Source of the DNA: an uncultured Rhodospirillaceae bacterium
Lineage (GTDB): Bacteria > Pseudomonadota > Alphaproteobacteria > UBA9219
Assembly: GCA_964517415.1 (NCBI GenBank)
Contig: CAZFCA010000004.1
Span: forward strand, 18,754 to 82,753
Length of the DNA: 64,000 bases
Direction: 5' to 3'
The notes under the pieces are model-generated. The model worked only from the letters and a program-made list of their open reading frames with translations. It made no database searches and was not told the origin of the DNA. A program made the position numbers and the translations under genes. Positions 28,611-38,210 of this stretch are shown one piece after another. Every line of letters begins with the position of its first letter. Positions within the stretch are counted from its first letter, which is position 1.

Positions 28611-29621
28611 CTAAAATTCCCTCTCAATCGTAAAATCCACGATATTAATCAAAGCGCGCTTCAAGGCCGAGTCAGGAAAAAGCCCCAAGGAATCCTTCGC
28701 AATCGCGCCGTAATGCCGCGCCCTATTGATGGCGTCCGATAGAGCGTGATGTTTTCTCATCAGCGCACGCGCCTCATCGAAATCCCCTTCGCGCTTATCC
28801 TCGTCGAAAGCGCACCGCCAAAACTCGCGCTCGGCCTCGTTTCCGCGATGAATAGCCAGAATAACCGGCAGCGTCATCTTCCCCTCGCGAAAATCGTCGC
28901 CGACCGTTTTGCCCAGCCTTTCCTGCGCGGCCGAGTAGTCCAAAACATCGTCCACAATCTGAAAAGCGATGCCCAGATTAAGGCCGAAGGTGCGCAAAGC
29001 CTCCTCTTCCGAAGCGGGGCGTTCCGCCACAATAGCCCCGATACGGCAGGCGGCGGCGAAAAGCTCAGCCGTCTTGGAACGCACGACCTCCAAATAGGCC
29101 TGCTCGCCCGTCGCAATGTCGTTGGTGGTCATCAGCTGCAAAACCTCGCCTTCGGAGATCACCGACGACGCGCGCGCCAAAACCCGCAGCACATCAAGCG
29201 AGCCGTCCTCCACCATCAGTTCAAACGCGCGGCTGAAAAGAAAATCGCCGACCAGAACAGAGGCTTCATTGCCGAAAAGGGCATTGGCCGATGGATTGCC
29301 ACGGCGCAAGTCGCTGGCATCGACCACATCGTCGTGCAAAAGCGTGGCGGTATGAATAAACTCGACGCTGGCGGCAAGCGCGGCGGCGCGCGGACCGCGA
29401 TAGCCGCATAAAGCGGCGCTGGAGAGCGTCAAAAGGGGACGAAGCCTCTTGCCCCCCGAAGCGATCAAATGCCCCGCAAGGCGCGGGATCATCTCAACCC
29501 CGCTTTGCATGCGTTGTATAATGAGTTGATTGACGGCGGCCAGATCGTCCGCAACCCAATTGGCCAGCGCCTCCAGCGCATCGCGCCGCTTTGGTTTTTC
29601 AAGGGGAATGATGGTGGCCAT
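28611..29621 (-). CDS. ispB: Polyprenyl (octaprenyl-type) diphosphate synthase
   Basis: Two Asp-rich motifs: LLHDDVVDASDLRRG and FQIVDDVLDY. Confidence 0.9.
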   Translation of the reverse strand: MATIIPLEKPKRRDALEALANWVADDLAAVNQLIIQRMQSGVEMIPRLAGHLIASGGKRLRPLLTLSSAALCGYRGPRAAALAASVEFIHTATLLHDDVVDASDLRRGNPSANALFGNEASVLVGDFLFSRAFELMVEDGSLDVLRVLARASSVISEGEVLQLMTTNDIATGEQAYLEVVRSKTAELFAAACRIGAIVAERPASEEEALRTFGLNLGIAFQIVDDVLDYSAAQERLGKTVGDDFREGKMTLPVILAIHRGNEAEREFWRCAFDEDKREGDFDEARALMRKHHALSDAINRARHYGAIAKDSLGLFPDSALKRALINIVDFTIEREF

Positions 29622-29812
29622 TACTCCCTTTTCCCAAATATCGACTCAATCCCCTCCCGATGCGCCTTCTTCTTGGCGATCATCTCGTCCGCGCGAGCAA
29701 TTTCGGCTTCCAACGCGGCGATGTAGTCCTCCAGCTCCTCCACCGAAAGATTCTGCAAATCGCGCGGCTTCGCTTTGGGCTTTTGGGGTTCGAGTTCGTC
29801 TGTATCAAGCAT
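29621..29812 (-). CDS. DUF1192-like small coiled-coil protein
   Basis: 63 aa containing LSVEELEDYIAALEAEIARADEMI, the typical alphaproteobacterial DUF1192 pattern. Confidence 0.6.
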   Translation of the reverse strand: MLDTDELEPQKPKAKPRDLQNLSVEELEDYIAALEAEIARADEMIAKKKAHREGIESIFGKRE

Positions 29813-31133
29813 AGTTCGCCAATTCCTTCACAGCCGAAACGCCGCGGCTTTTCCCTGCCGTTTGCCATTCAAAAGCGTCGAAGGAACCGCACGCCGGACA
29901 TGCCGGATGCCAATCCTCTTGCGCGCCGCCGCACACGCGGCAAAGCCAAACGGGGTCGGGCGAGGCGTCGGCCGCTTTGGCCAGCCAAGCGGCGGCCGCG
30001 CGTTCGTCGCCCCTTTCGCGCCGTTCGGCCTGCGCCAGCATTTTAAAAACGCCGGCCGTGGCCGCGCGTTCGTTCACAAGAGCCAAAAGATTCCGCCGCG
30101 CTTCGCCCCACACATCAGCGGCCAGCGCCGCTTCGGCAAGCGCGATGCGGCTTTCAAGCGTGTTTTCGTTCCCGCGCACAAGGCGCTCCGTTAAACGAAA
30201 CGCATCGATAGGGCTATCCGCCGTCCGTCGTAAAATGCGGGCGAGTTCCGGATGCGGGGTCGTTTTCCAGGCGCGTTCGATAAAGCGCGTAGCGGCGCGC
30301 GTATGCCCGGCGTTCGCCAGAACCTCGGCCAAGTTGATCGCTGCCGGCATCCATTGCGGCCTTTGCTTCACGGCTTGCTCGGCCGCGCGCAATGCCATGT
30401 CGGCATCGTCGGCGACAAGCGCGGCGCGCGACGCCGCGATGCGCAAAGCCGCGCGTTTGCGGCGGCCTTCCTCCGAATCCAGAAGACGCGCCGCCACAGC
30501 CTGCGATAAATCCGCCTCGGCCTCGCTCCATTGGCGCTTGCGTGCCGCGCTTTCCATGCGCATAAGGCGCAGCCACGGGGTTTCGGGCTTTTTGGCGTGC
30601 AATTCGTTCAACAGCAGATCGACTTCCTCCCATCGTCCCGCGAGCCTCGCCGCCGTAATCAGCCCGCGATAGCCAAGCACGGCCGTATCGTCCCGCGCCG
30701 CCAGTGAGCGGAAAATCTCATGCGCTGCGCGATGATCGCCCGCCAATTGGGCGGCCTGCGCCTGAAGCCACTGCGCCGCGATGCCGTCGGCGGCGTTTTT
30801 CCGAGCGGCTATGGCAAGCCTTCCCGCCTCGGCCGCCTTGCCGGAGGCGATGGCGACAAGCCCGCGCACCAATTGCTCCTCGCCCAGCTTCATTTTGTTC
30901 ATCTGCCGCCGAAGCCGCCAGTGCGCGGGGCCATGACGAACGAAATGCCATGCGCGAAAAAGAAGATAAAAAACGAAAGCCAGCGCAAGGATGCACAAAA
31001 ACAAGAACGGCGCAGTCGTTTGAACAACGATGTCGCGCCATTCGATCGTGGCCGTGCCCGGACGGTCGGTCATCCATAAAGCCAACGCGACCACGGCGGC
31101 GACCAAAACGATGAAACGGAAAAGACGCATCAT
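29805..31133 (-). CDS. HemY-like TPR membrane protein
   Basis: Two N-terminal TM segments, TPR-like Ala-rich repeats and a C-terminal CxxC...CxxC ribbon (CRVCGG...CPACGS). It is syntenic with hemD. Confidence 0.7.
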   Translation of the reverse strand: MMRLFRFIVLVAAVVALALWMTDRPGTATIEWRDIVVQTTAPFLFLCILALAFVFYLLFRAWHFVRHGPAHWRLRRQMNKMKLGEEQLVRGLVAIASGKAAEAGRLAIAARKNAADGIAAQWLQAQAAQLAGDHRAAHEIFRSLAARDDTAVLGYRGLITAARLAGRWEEVDLLLNELHAKKPETPWLRLMRMESAARKRQWSEAEADLSQAVAARLLDSEEGRRKRAALRIAASRAALVADDADMALRAAEQAVKQRPQWMPAAINLAEVLANAGHTRAATRFIERAWKTTPHPELARILRRTADSPIDAFRLTERLVRGNENTLESRIALAEAALAADVWGEARRNLLALVNERAATAGVFKMLAQAERRERGDERAAAAWLAKAADASPDPVWLCRVCGGAQEDWHPACPACGSFDAFEWQTAGKSRGVSAVKELANYA

Positions 31134-31975
31134 GAGGCATACCCTTGAGCAAAAAGATGCGACGAAAGTTCTTGCACGGCGGCATCAAGCGCAAGGCGCG
31201 CTTCGAGCTTGCCCCGCCACGGGGCGAGGCTTTGTTTTTCCTCTTCGGATAAATTTTGAAGAGCCGCCAGCACGGCCGCGCCGTCCTGCAGCGCGAGAGC
31301 GGTCTTGATGTCTTTAAACCTGTGCAAAGGCTGAACAGAAATAAGCGGCCGGAAAAGCTGCTTCACGCGCCGCCAAAACGATGAATCTTGGCCGGCAGAC
31401 GCGGGCATGTTTTTTTCCTCTTCCGCCAAAGCCTCGCCTAAACCTTCCCATGAAGGCGGCGGCGCGGCGGCAAAAGGCTCGATCTTTGCTGCGATGTCGC
31501 CCAAAGCCGCATCGTCTGGCGCGGCGGCGCGCACTGATGTCAGCGATGCCGGAAAAGGACGCCCTTCCCGCGCAGCCTCGCGCACATCGCGAAAAGCGAA
31601 AGCCGCGGCTATCATTTTTTGAACTATTTCTCTGCTTGGCGCGCCCGAGACCTCAAGATGCGCCATGCGGGACTCTACCCTTTTAAGAGCTTCGTCCATG
31701 AATGCCTGATCGGCGCCGGAAGGCTGAGGCGCTTCGCTTCTTTCTGCAAGCGAGGCCAGACGCGCTTCTATGTTCACGATGCGCCTTTGCATCGCCGCTG
31801 TTTCGAGAGCGGCCTCCGGCGTTTTGGAGGGCGCATTAAGGCTGGTGCTGTAAAGAATGATCCCCGTCGCCACGGCGCAAAGCACGCCCACCCCCATGAA
31901 ATGGGAAAAATGTTTTTTGGGTGGAACCTGTTGAGGCTGTTCGGTCTGGTCGCTGGGCGTTTCTGTTTCCGTCAT
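31130..31975 (-). CDS. Mitofilin/Mic60-like (COG4223-type) membrane protein
   Basis: One TM, a coiled coil and a C-terminal mitofilin-like segment (WRRVKQLFRPLISVQP...DGAAVLAALQNLSEEEKQSLAPWRGKLEARLALDAA). I chose the ATG at 31975, which lies 10 nt after the hemD stop and has a GGAAGA RBS. Confidence 0.55.
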   Translation of the reverse strand: MTETETPSDQTEQPQQVPPKKHFSHFMGVGVLCAVATGIILYSTSLNAPSKTPEAALETAAMQRRIVNIEARLASLAERSEAPQPSGADQAFMDEALKRVESRMAHLEVSGAPSREIVQKMIAAAFAFRDVREAAREGRPFPASLTSVRAAAPDDAALGDIAAKIEPFAAAPPPSWEGLGEALAEEEKNMPASAGQDSSFWRRVKQLFRPLISVQPLHRFKDIKTALALQDGAAVLAALQNLSEEEKQSLAPWRGKLEARLALDAAVQELSSHLFAQGYAS

Positions 31976-31985
31976 AAGTCTTCCG

Positions 31986-32693
31986 TCAGATGTTGGCGAA
32001 CGCGTCTTCTTCATCTGGCCTTGCCGCCACGCGCAACTCTTTCCACGGCAAGATTTTAAGAACCTCGGCGGCGGCATGGCTAAGGCCGATTGCGATTATA
32101 GCAGAGCATGCGTCCCTTAGCCCGTTTTTTTCGATAAGCGAAACAAGGGTCTGCGCGCCCCGCCTTGAAAAAGCGGAAAGAGCTTTGAACTGCCCTTGTA
32201 TGAACTGCGCTTTGGTGTCAGGGGAAAAATCGGTCATCGTCGCAGCGCGATAAAGCGGCCATTTTCGAAGCGCAAGCCCGTGCTCTTTCAAAACCGCTTG
32301 CGCCCGCATATCCACGATATCGCCGCATATGTAAAGTATCGACTTCGCCTTGCCTTTCAAGGAATCAATCGTCGCGCTCGTAACGCTTTCCGGCGAGCCG
32401 GATTGAACGATCACAAATCCCGCCTTTCGCGCGGCGTCGGCCGCGCTTGTTCCAATGCAAAAGCACGGCAAAGGAAGAATGTCCGATACATCTTCGCCTG
32501 ACGTTTTCAGTATTTCAGCCGAACTGGAAGAGGCAAGCCACACCGCGCCGAAAGTCCCTTCGGGACGCGGCAACAACGTATGTTCGATCATCAACAACGG
32601 CTCGATAACGCAGTCGTATCCCTTGCGCTCAAGCGATTCGATCAGACGCTCGGACGAGGAGCGGCTTTGGGTGAAAAGAATTTTTTTCTTCAT
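31986..32693 (-). CDS. hemD: Uroporphyrinogen-III synthase
   Basis: HemD-like two-lobed fold pattern and synteny with the Mic60-like and hemY-like genes. I chose the start at MKKKILFTQ. Confidence 0.65.
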   Translation of the reverse strand: MKKKILFTQSRSSSERLIESLERKGYDCVIEPLLMIEHTLLPRPEGTFGAVWLASSSSAEILKTSGEDVSDILPLPCFCIGTSAADAARKAGFVIVQSGSPESVTSATIDSLKGKAKSILYICGDIVDMRAQAVLKEHGLALRKWPLYRAATMTDFSPDTKAQFIQGQFKALSAFSRRGAQTLVSLIEKNGLRDACSAIIAIGLSHAAAEVLKILPWKELRVAARPDEEDAFANI

Positions 32694-33014
32694 GGTTCCA
32701 CTCGGAAGGATTGCATTCATTCTTATTCCGATAAATGCGCGGACGAAAGTTTTTTAAACGCCGACGCATAAGCCAAAAGAAAAAATACACGAATATATTT
32801 TCCTCCATGCGAGCGGGGCCATTGCTCGACATTTACCAATCGTTTACCCATATTTTGCAGTAGCGAACAAAAATCAATACGTTAACAAATTTGGTTAACG
32901 AAAATTTAATAATAGAATCAATGAATTAGTTTCATAAAATTTGTGTATAATGCAATTTATCGGACACAAAAAGTTTATCTAAAACGATCAAGCGGAAGAA
33001 AGGAGGGGCTAAAA

Positions 33015-33413
33015 ATGACTTCATACTTCTATATTCACAGCATGATCGCCCTCTTCGCCTTCTTCGGCGCCCTCTCCCTGTTGGTCTTTGCGGCGCCGTC
33101 GCGTGTTTTCGTGGTCGTCCCTCAGTTTATTGAATTTTTCGGTTTTGGGGGTCGGCGCTACGGCGTTCTGAACCAAGGGCGCCATGGCCTGAACATTCGG
33201 AACGGCTTTCGATACGACATCCTGAGGAAGCGCATTGCTGACAATCGGTGGGGGAAAGGATGGGACTTGCAAAGGGGCTCCCTGATAAAAACCGATTATT
33301 TCACTAGCGTATTAAATAATCCTTTAGAGGTTTCATGCAAGAACTTTCAAAAAAGTGATTCTTTTAAGGCTTCCTGCCTTTGTGATGGCGGAAAAAGGAA
33401 AGAAAAACAATGA
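33015..33413 (+). CDS. Hypothetical small membrane protein
   Basis: ATG with a strong SD (AGGAGG 8 nt upstream), one TM, C-rich third codon positions in the first half, and a stop that overlaps the next gene's start (ATGA). The C-terminal half looks odd, and an antisense 83-aa ORF also exists. Confidence 0.35.
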   Translation: MTSYFYIHSMIALFAFFGALSLLVFAAPSRVFVVVPQFIEFFGFGGRRYGVLNQGRHGLNIRNGFRYDILRKRIADNRWGKGWDLQRGSLIKTDYFTSVLNNPLEVSCKNFQKSDSFKASCLCDGGKRKEKQ

Positions 33414-34549
33414 TTAGCTCTCTCAAAGATACTCTGCCCACAATGTTGGCTTTGGCCCGCGAGCACACGGAGCTTTCGCGAGTCCAGCTCGCCTGCATGC
33501 TGGCCGACGTTTTTATGGACAAAAACATACACCTGGCTGCTAAGGAAGAAGCCCAATTGAACGACCTTATGGACGTTCTGATGTTTAATTGCTCGCAGGA
33601 CGTTCGCACGGAGCTGCTAAAGAAATTCGTCGATGTTGATTCCATGCCCCGCCGCATGGTGCGCAATCTGGCGCAGGATAATATCGACGTTGCCCGCCCC
33701 ATTTTGCTGACGTCGCCCACATTGTCGGATGACGATCTGATTCACGTCGTCGAAACCAAGGGCGGCGAACATGCCACGACAATCGCTTCGCGCGCGGAAA
33801 TCAGCGAGGCGGTCGCCGATGCGCTTGTCACGACAGGCGATCTGCGCGTGATGCAGGTCGTTGTCGAAAATCTCGGCGCGCATCTGACGCCTTCAGCTGT
33901 CGATATAGTCGCAGAGGCCGCACGGTTCAGCATCCAGTTGCGCAAGCCTTTACTTTCCCGCCCCGAGATGCATGTTGACGCGGCACTGAAGCTCTATTGG
34001 TGGGTAGAGCAGGATCTGCGCCGCGCGACGATCAAGCGTTTTGGCATCACGGCGGGACAGATCGATCAGGCTTTGTCCAAAACCATCGCGGGGCTTTTGA
34101 ACGACCATGTTTTCGAGAAATCGAACGACGATGTGATGATCCAGGTCGCCGACTGGTTCGAACAGCATGACGTTTTGCAAAAGGAAGCCCTGCCGCAGGT
34201 CCTGCGTCTCGGCCACTTCCGCCTGTTCAATATGCTGTTGTCGCGCATGGCGCGCCTGTCTCTGGCGCTTGTGGACACCATCACCGAGGAAATCGGCGGC
34301 CGCGGACTAGCAGCCATTTGCCGCGCTGTAGGGATCGATAAGCCCATGTTCGTTTCCCTTTTCCTCCTTTCGCGCGGCGGTCGCCCGGGCGAGCAGATCG
34401 TCCATCCGCGCGAGCTTGCGCGCGCCATCGACGCATTCGATCGGATGACCGTTTCAGACGCCAAGGACATGCTTCACAGTTGGAGCGTCAACCCGGCTTA
34501 CTTCCTGAACCACAGGAAAGAAGCGGAAGCCGCGCGTTCTTACGCCTAA
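33410..34549 (+). CDS. DUF2336-like protein
   Basis: 379-aa helical-repeat protein of the pattern I associate with alphaproteobacterial DUF2336. The function is unknown. Confidence 0.55.
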   Translation: MISSLKDTLPTMLALAREHTELSRVQLACMLADVFMDKNIHLAAKEEAQLNDLMDVLMFNCSQDVRTELLKKFVDVDSMPRRMVRNLAQDNIDVARPILLTSPTLSDDDLIHVVETKGGEHATTIASRAEISEAVADALVTTGDLRVMQVVVENLGAHLTPSAVDIVAEAARFSIQLRKPLLSRPEMHVDAALKLYWWVEQDLRRATIKRFGITAGQIDQALSKTIAGLLNDHVFEKSNDDVMIQVADWFEQHDVLQKEALPQVLRLGHFRLFNMLLSRMARLSLALVDTITEEIGGRGLAAICRAVGIDKPMFVSLFLLSRGGRPGEQIVHPRELARAIDAFDRMTVSDAKDMLHSWSVNPAYFLNHRKEAEAARSYA

Positions 34550-34722
34550 TACCAACCGCCCAATGAAATGCTCGTTATGGTCACGAGCGGTTGCGAAGAG
34601 CCTGCCCTTCGCCGAACCGAATAGATATTTGAAATCAATGGTTCCGCTCGGCAAGGGGTAGGCGAGGCGCAGAGCGAGTGAAGTCGGGCAATATCGATAC
34701 GTTCATTGATTGTTTGGTATAA
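34547..34722 (+). mobile_element. MITE-like element, full-length copy 1 (TAA | TACCAAC...GTTTGGTA | TAA)
   Basis: Imperfect terminal inverted repeats of about 25 bp, flanked by TAA on both sides. The left TAA is the stop codon of the upstream gene. It shares the core GGTCACGAGCGGTTGCGA and the 3' part GGCGAGGCGCAGAGCGAGTGAAGTC with the other copies. Confidence 0.7.
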
Positions 34723-34817
34723 AACGCGCCTTTTTCCGAGCTAAATGGCTTCTTTTGTCGATTAAGATTGACGAAACTAATTAAAGCCCGTAACCGTCTC
34801 GCACATCATCGGGCGGC

Positions 34818-34846
34818 ATTCGCGCGAAAGCGGGAATCCATTTTTC
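34818..34846 (+). terminator. Hairpin plus T-tract downstream of MITE copy 1
   Basis: ATTCGCGC-GAAA-GCGGGAAT stem-loop followed by CCATTTTTCT, lying 47 nt upstream of the typA start. Confidence 0.5.
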
Positions 34847-34892
34847 TAAGCAGCACACAGGCCCGAATAAAAATCATAGGAAAACGATACCA

Positions 34893-36707
34893 ATGAAACT
34901 GCGTAACATTGCCATCATTGCCCATGTCGACCATGGAAAAACGACGCTCGTCGACCAAATGCTGAAACAATCCGGCACGTTCCGTGAAAACCAGCATGTG
35001 GCGGAGCGCGCCATGGACAGCAACGATCTGGAACGTGAGCGCGGCATTACCATTCTGGCCAAATGCACGTCGATCATGCGCGGCGATTTGCGCATCAATA
35101 TCGTCGACACGCCCGGCCACGCCGATTTCGGCGGCGAGGTGGAACGCATTCTGTCGATGGTGGATGGCGTGGTTCTCTTGGTCGATGCCGCCGAAGGTCC
35201 TTTGCCGCAGACGAAATTTGTGGTCTCCAAAGCCTTGGCCATCGGCCTGCGCCCCATGGTCGTCATCAATAAAATCGACCGTTCCGATGCGCGCCCGCAT
35301 CAGGTGCATGACGAGATTTTCGATCTTTTCGCCGCGCTAGACGCCTCGGAAGAGCAGCTTGATTTCCCCACGCTCTTCGCATCAGGCCGCAATGGCTGGG
35401 CTATCGAGAAAATGGAAGATCAGCCGAAAGACCTAACCCCTCTCTTTGATCTTATCCAGCGCCATGTGCCGGAGCCGAAAGTTGATGGAACGGCGCCCTT
35501 CAAGCTGCTGGCCACTATTTTGGAAAGCAATCCCTATCTTGGCCGCCTGTTGACGGGACGTATTGAAAGCGGGACCGTTAAAACGAACATGAACATCAAA
35601 GCGCTGACGCATGACGGCAAGCTGATCGAGCAAGGGCGCATCACGCGCATTTTAGCCTTCCGAGGGCTGGAGCGCGTGCCGGTGGACGAGGCCTCAGCCG
35701 GAGACATCGTCGCGCTTGCGGGACTCAGCAAGGCGACAGTGGCCGATACGCTTTGCGATCCAAGCGTCGAAGCGCCCTTGCATGCGCGCCCAATCGATCC
35801 GCCGACGATCGCGATGACCTTTTCCATCAACGACTCCCCGCTGGCCGGAACCGAAGGCGACAAGGTGACAAGCCGCGTGATCCGTGACCGCCTGATGCGC
35901 GAGGTTGAAGGCAACGTGGCGATTCGCGTGACGGAAACGCCGGACAGCGACGCTTATGAAGTCGCGGGGCGCGGCGAATTGCAGCTTGGGATTCTTATCG
36001 AAACGATGCGCCGCGAAGGCTTTGAGCTTTCGATCAGCCGCCCGCGCGTTTTGTTTAAGACCATAGACGGCCAGAGGCACGAACCTATCGAGGAAGTCGT
36101 GATCGACGTGGACGACGCTTATGCAGGGACGGTCGTGAACCGCCTGTCCGAGCGCAAATCTGAAATGACGGATATGCGCCCCTCGGGCGGCGGCAAGACG
36201 CGCCTCACGTTCCTTGCGCCATCGCGGGGGCTGATCGGCTATTATGGCGACTTCCTTTCCGAAACGCGCGGCACCGGCATTATGAACCGCCTGTTCCACG
36301 GCTATGCGCCTTACAAAGGCCCCATCGCGGCGCGGCGCACGGGCGTTATGATCTCGACAGGCAAGGGCGACGCCGTCCCCTACGCGATGTGGAAATTGGA
36401 AGAGCGCGGCCCCATGATGATCACGCCAGGAACGAAAGTTTATGAAGGCATGATCGTGGGCGAGCATTCCAAGAGCAACGATCTGGACGTCAACGTTCTT
36501 CAGGGCAAGCAGTTGACGAACATTCGCACGACGAGCAAAGACGAAGCCGTGCGCCTGACGCCGCCGATGATCCTGACTCTCGAAAAAGCCATCGCCTACA
36601 TCACAGACGACGAGCTGGTTGAGGTCACGCCGGAGTCCATCCGCCTTCGCAAACGCTATTTGGACTTTAACACCCGCAAGAAGATGGCGCGGCAGGCGGA
36701 AGGCTAA
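34893..36707 (+). CDS. typA: Translational GTPase TypA/BipA
   Basis: 604 aa with G motifs [17 protein letters not shown] and NKID, and EF-G-like domains. Confidence 0.95.
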   Translation: MKLRNIAIIAHVDHGKTTLVDQMLKQSGTFRENQHVAERAMDSNDLERERGITILAKCTSIMRGDLRINIVDTPGHADFGGEVERILSMVDGVVLLVDAAEGPLPQTKFVVSKALAIGLRPMVVINKIDRSDARPHQVHDEIFDLFAALDASEEQLDFPTLFASGRNGWAIEKMEDQPKDLTPLFDLIQRHVPEPKVDGTAPFKLLATILESNPYLGRLLTGRIESGTVKTNMNIKALTHDGKLIEQGRITRILAFRGLERVPVDEASAGDIVALAGLSKATVADTLCDPSVEAPLHARPIDPPTIAMTFSINDSPLAGTEGDKVTSRVIRDRLMREVEGNVAIRVTETPDSDAYEVAGRGELQLGILIETMRREGFELSISRPRVLFKTIDGQRHEPIEEVVIDVDDAYAGTVVNRLSERKSEMTDMRPSGGGKTRLTFLAPSRGLIGYYGDFLSETRGTGIMNRLFHGYAPYKGPIAARRTGVMISTGKGDAVPYAMWKLEERGPMMITPGTKVYEGMIVGEHSKSNDLDVNVLQGKQLTNIRTTSKDEAVRLTPPMILTLEKAIAYITDDELVEVTPESIRLRKRYLDFNTRKKMARQAEG

Positions 36708-36826
36708 TACCAACCGGCCGATGAATTGACTCGCTTGGGTCACGAGCCGGGGCTCAGAGCATATCGCTCGCTGGACTTATTAAGCCCATGGAATCCATTG
36801 TGACGCCCAGCAAGCGATATGCGAGG
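36705..36826 (+). repeat. MITE-like element, 3'-truncated copy 2
   Basis: It starts on the typA stop codon (TAATACCAACCGG) and shares GGGTCACGAGC and GCTGGACTTATTAAGCCCATGGAATCC...CAGCAAGCGATATGCGAGG. No 3' TIR was found. Confidence 0.55.
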
Positions 36827-37123
36827 TCGGCGGACAGGTCCGCCAAAAGCTGCATTAATTAGAAGCCCCTCTAGGGCGAGCGGGGGCGCTTTCGAAAACA
36901 AGCGCGCTGGAAATTCTTTCTTAGATTGACCTTAAACCCAAAGGACAAGAGTATATTCTTGCCAACTCGCAAAACGCCTTTGCGCAATAAGAAGAAATAG
37001 GTTTTCTTGCGCCGCCCCTCCCCGCGCGAAAATCCATCGCGCCAGCGCGCGAAGGTGCTAGGACAAGGCGCATGTCTAAAATAGGGACAGTATCAGTTTA
37101 GGCAAATCTGCTAATAACTTGCT

Positions 37124-38079
37124 CTAAATCCGCGAGATGAAGTCGGCGAACTCTTTCTCAAGCTCGGCGGAACGTTTGGCGATGTCGCCGGACACCGTGA
37201 GCAGGTTGTTCGCCGATTGCCCTGTTTCTTGGGACGCCTTATGAACGCCGCTGATATTCTGGGCGACTTCTCCTGTGGCGGCCGATTGCTCTTCGACGGC
37301 TCCGGAGATGGAGATAGTGATTTCGTTGACCTTCTGAATGATCTCGGCAATCGAATTGATCTTGACGGCGGTTTGCTGGCTTGAGCTTTGGATGCCCTGA
37401 ACCTGCTGGCCGATTTCATCGGTGGCTTTCGCCGTTTGATTGGCCAAAGATTTCACTTCCGAAGCGACGACGGCGAAGCCTTTGCCCGCATCGCCTGCGC
37501 GCGCGGCTTCGATGGTGGCGTTAAGGGCGAGAAGATTCGTTTGCCCCGCAATTTGCGCCACGATGCCGCTGACGTTGCCGATTTTTTCGGCCGCGACCGT
37601 CAATTCAGAAACCATTTGCGCCGACTTGCTGGATTCCGAAACGGCCTTGGTGATGATTTTTGTCGCTTCCGTCAATTGCTTTGAAATTTCCGCCACGGCG
37701 GACGTTAATTCCTCGGAAGCGGTCGCGACGGCGACGGGTCGGCCGCTGCGGCAAGCGTTTGCGCCGTTGTTTGCAGTTCTGCGGCGGAGGAGGACAGGAT
37801 GGTCACAAGCTCGCGCACTTTTTCGGCGACATGCACCGTCGCTTGCTTGCGCATTGTGACGTCGATACAAAATTCGACGATTTTGTATGGCTTGCCGTTT
37901 TCGTCGAAAAGAGGATCGTAAGAGGCTTCCAGCCATACCTCTTTACCGTGTTTGCCGGTGATTTTTTTACCATGGGATTCCATCTGCTCGCCCATGTTCA
38001 AAGCCAGCCAGAACTGGCGGTATTCGTCCGTTCCCCTTTTAGAGGCTTCGACGAGCATGCTGTGGTGCTTGCCTTGCAT
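37124..38079 (-). pseudogene. Decayed PAS-domain methyl-accepting chemotaxis protein (5'-truncated and frameshifted)
   Basis: Two overlapping ORFs. 37705..38079 encodes the distal part of a PAS domain (EEMQGKHHSMLV...[29 protein letters not shown]) and the start of the signalling domain. 37124..37936 encodes the rest in another frame ([14 protein letters not shown]...[31 protein letters not shown]). The frames switch near 37745. An in-frame TGA lies 14 codons upstream of the first Met, and the N-terminal PAS strands are missing. Confidence 0.6.
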
Positions 38080-38210
38080 CTCTTCAAGCGTAAATAAATT
38101 TGGAAGTTCTATTGTTTTCAGTCAGTTGTTTAAAAATATGAGAGTGGCGGCAACTAGCCCTAATCTTGTAAAAAAGAGTTGCGCCTATTGCCGATTGCAA
38201 CGCCTTGATA

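Noticed and set aside
33021-33272. 83-aa minus-strand ORF as a separate annotated gene
   Set aside because: It fully overlaps the plus-strand ORF, which has the better ATG/SD and translational coupling to the downstream gene. It has a TTG start and no recognisable family. I kept it as an ambiguity in the findings and did not list it as a feature.
35694-36743. 349-aa antisense ORF inside typA. Similar long antisense or shadow ORFs occur inside other genes: 61303..62508 in gyrB, 39719..40714 in plsX, 50480..51352 in tsf, 51390..52307 in rpsB, 40996..41610 in fabH, 24947..25738 in cpaC, 2841..3620 in secA and 9049..9822 in dnaA.
   Set aside because: They lie opposite or out of frame to genes with unmistakable conserved motifs. 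They are Arg/Ala/Gly-rich with no recognisable domains. This is the usual stop-poor shadow-frame pattern of GC-rich coding DNA.
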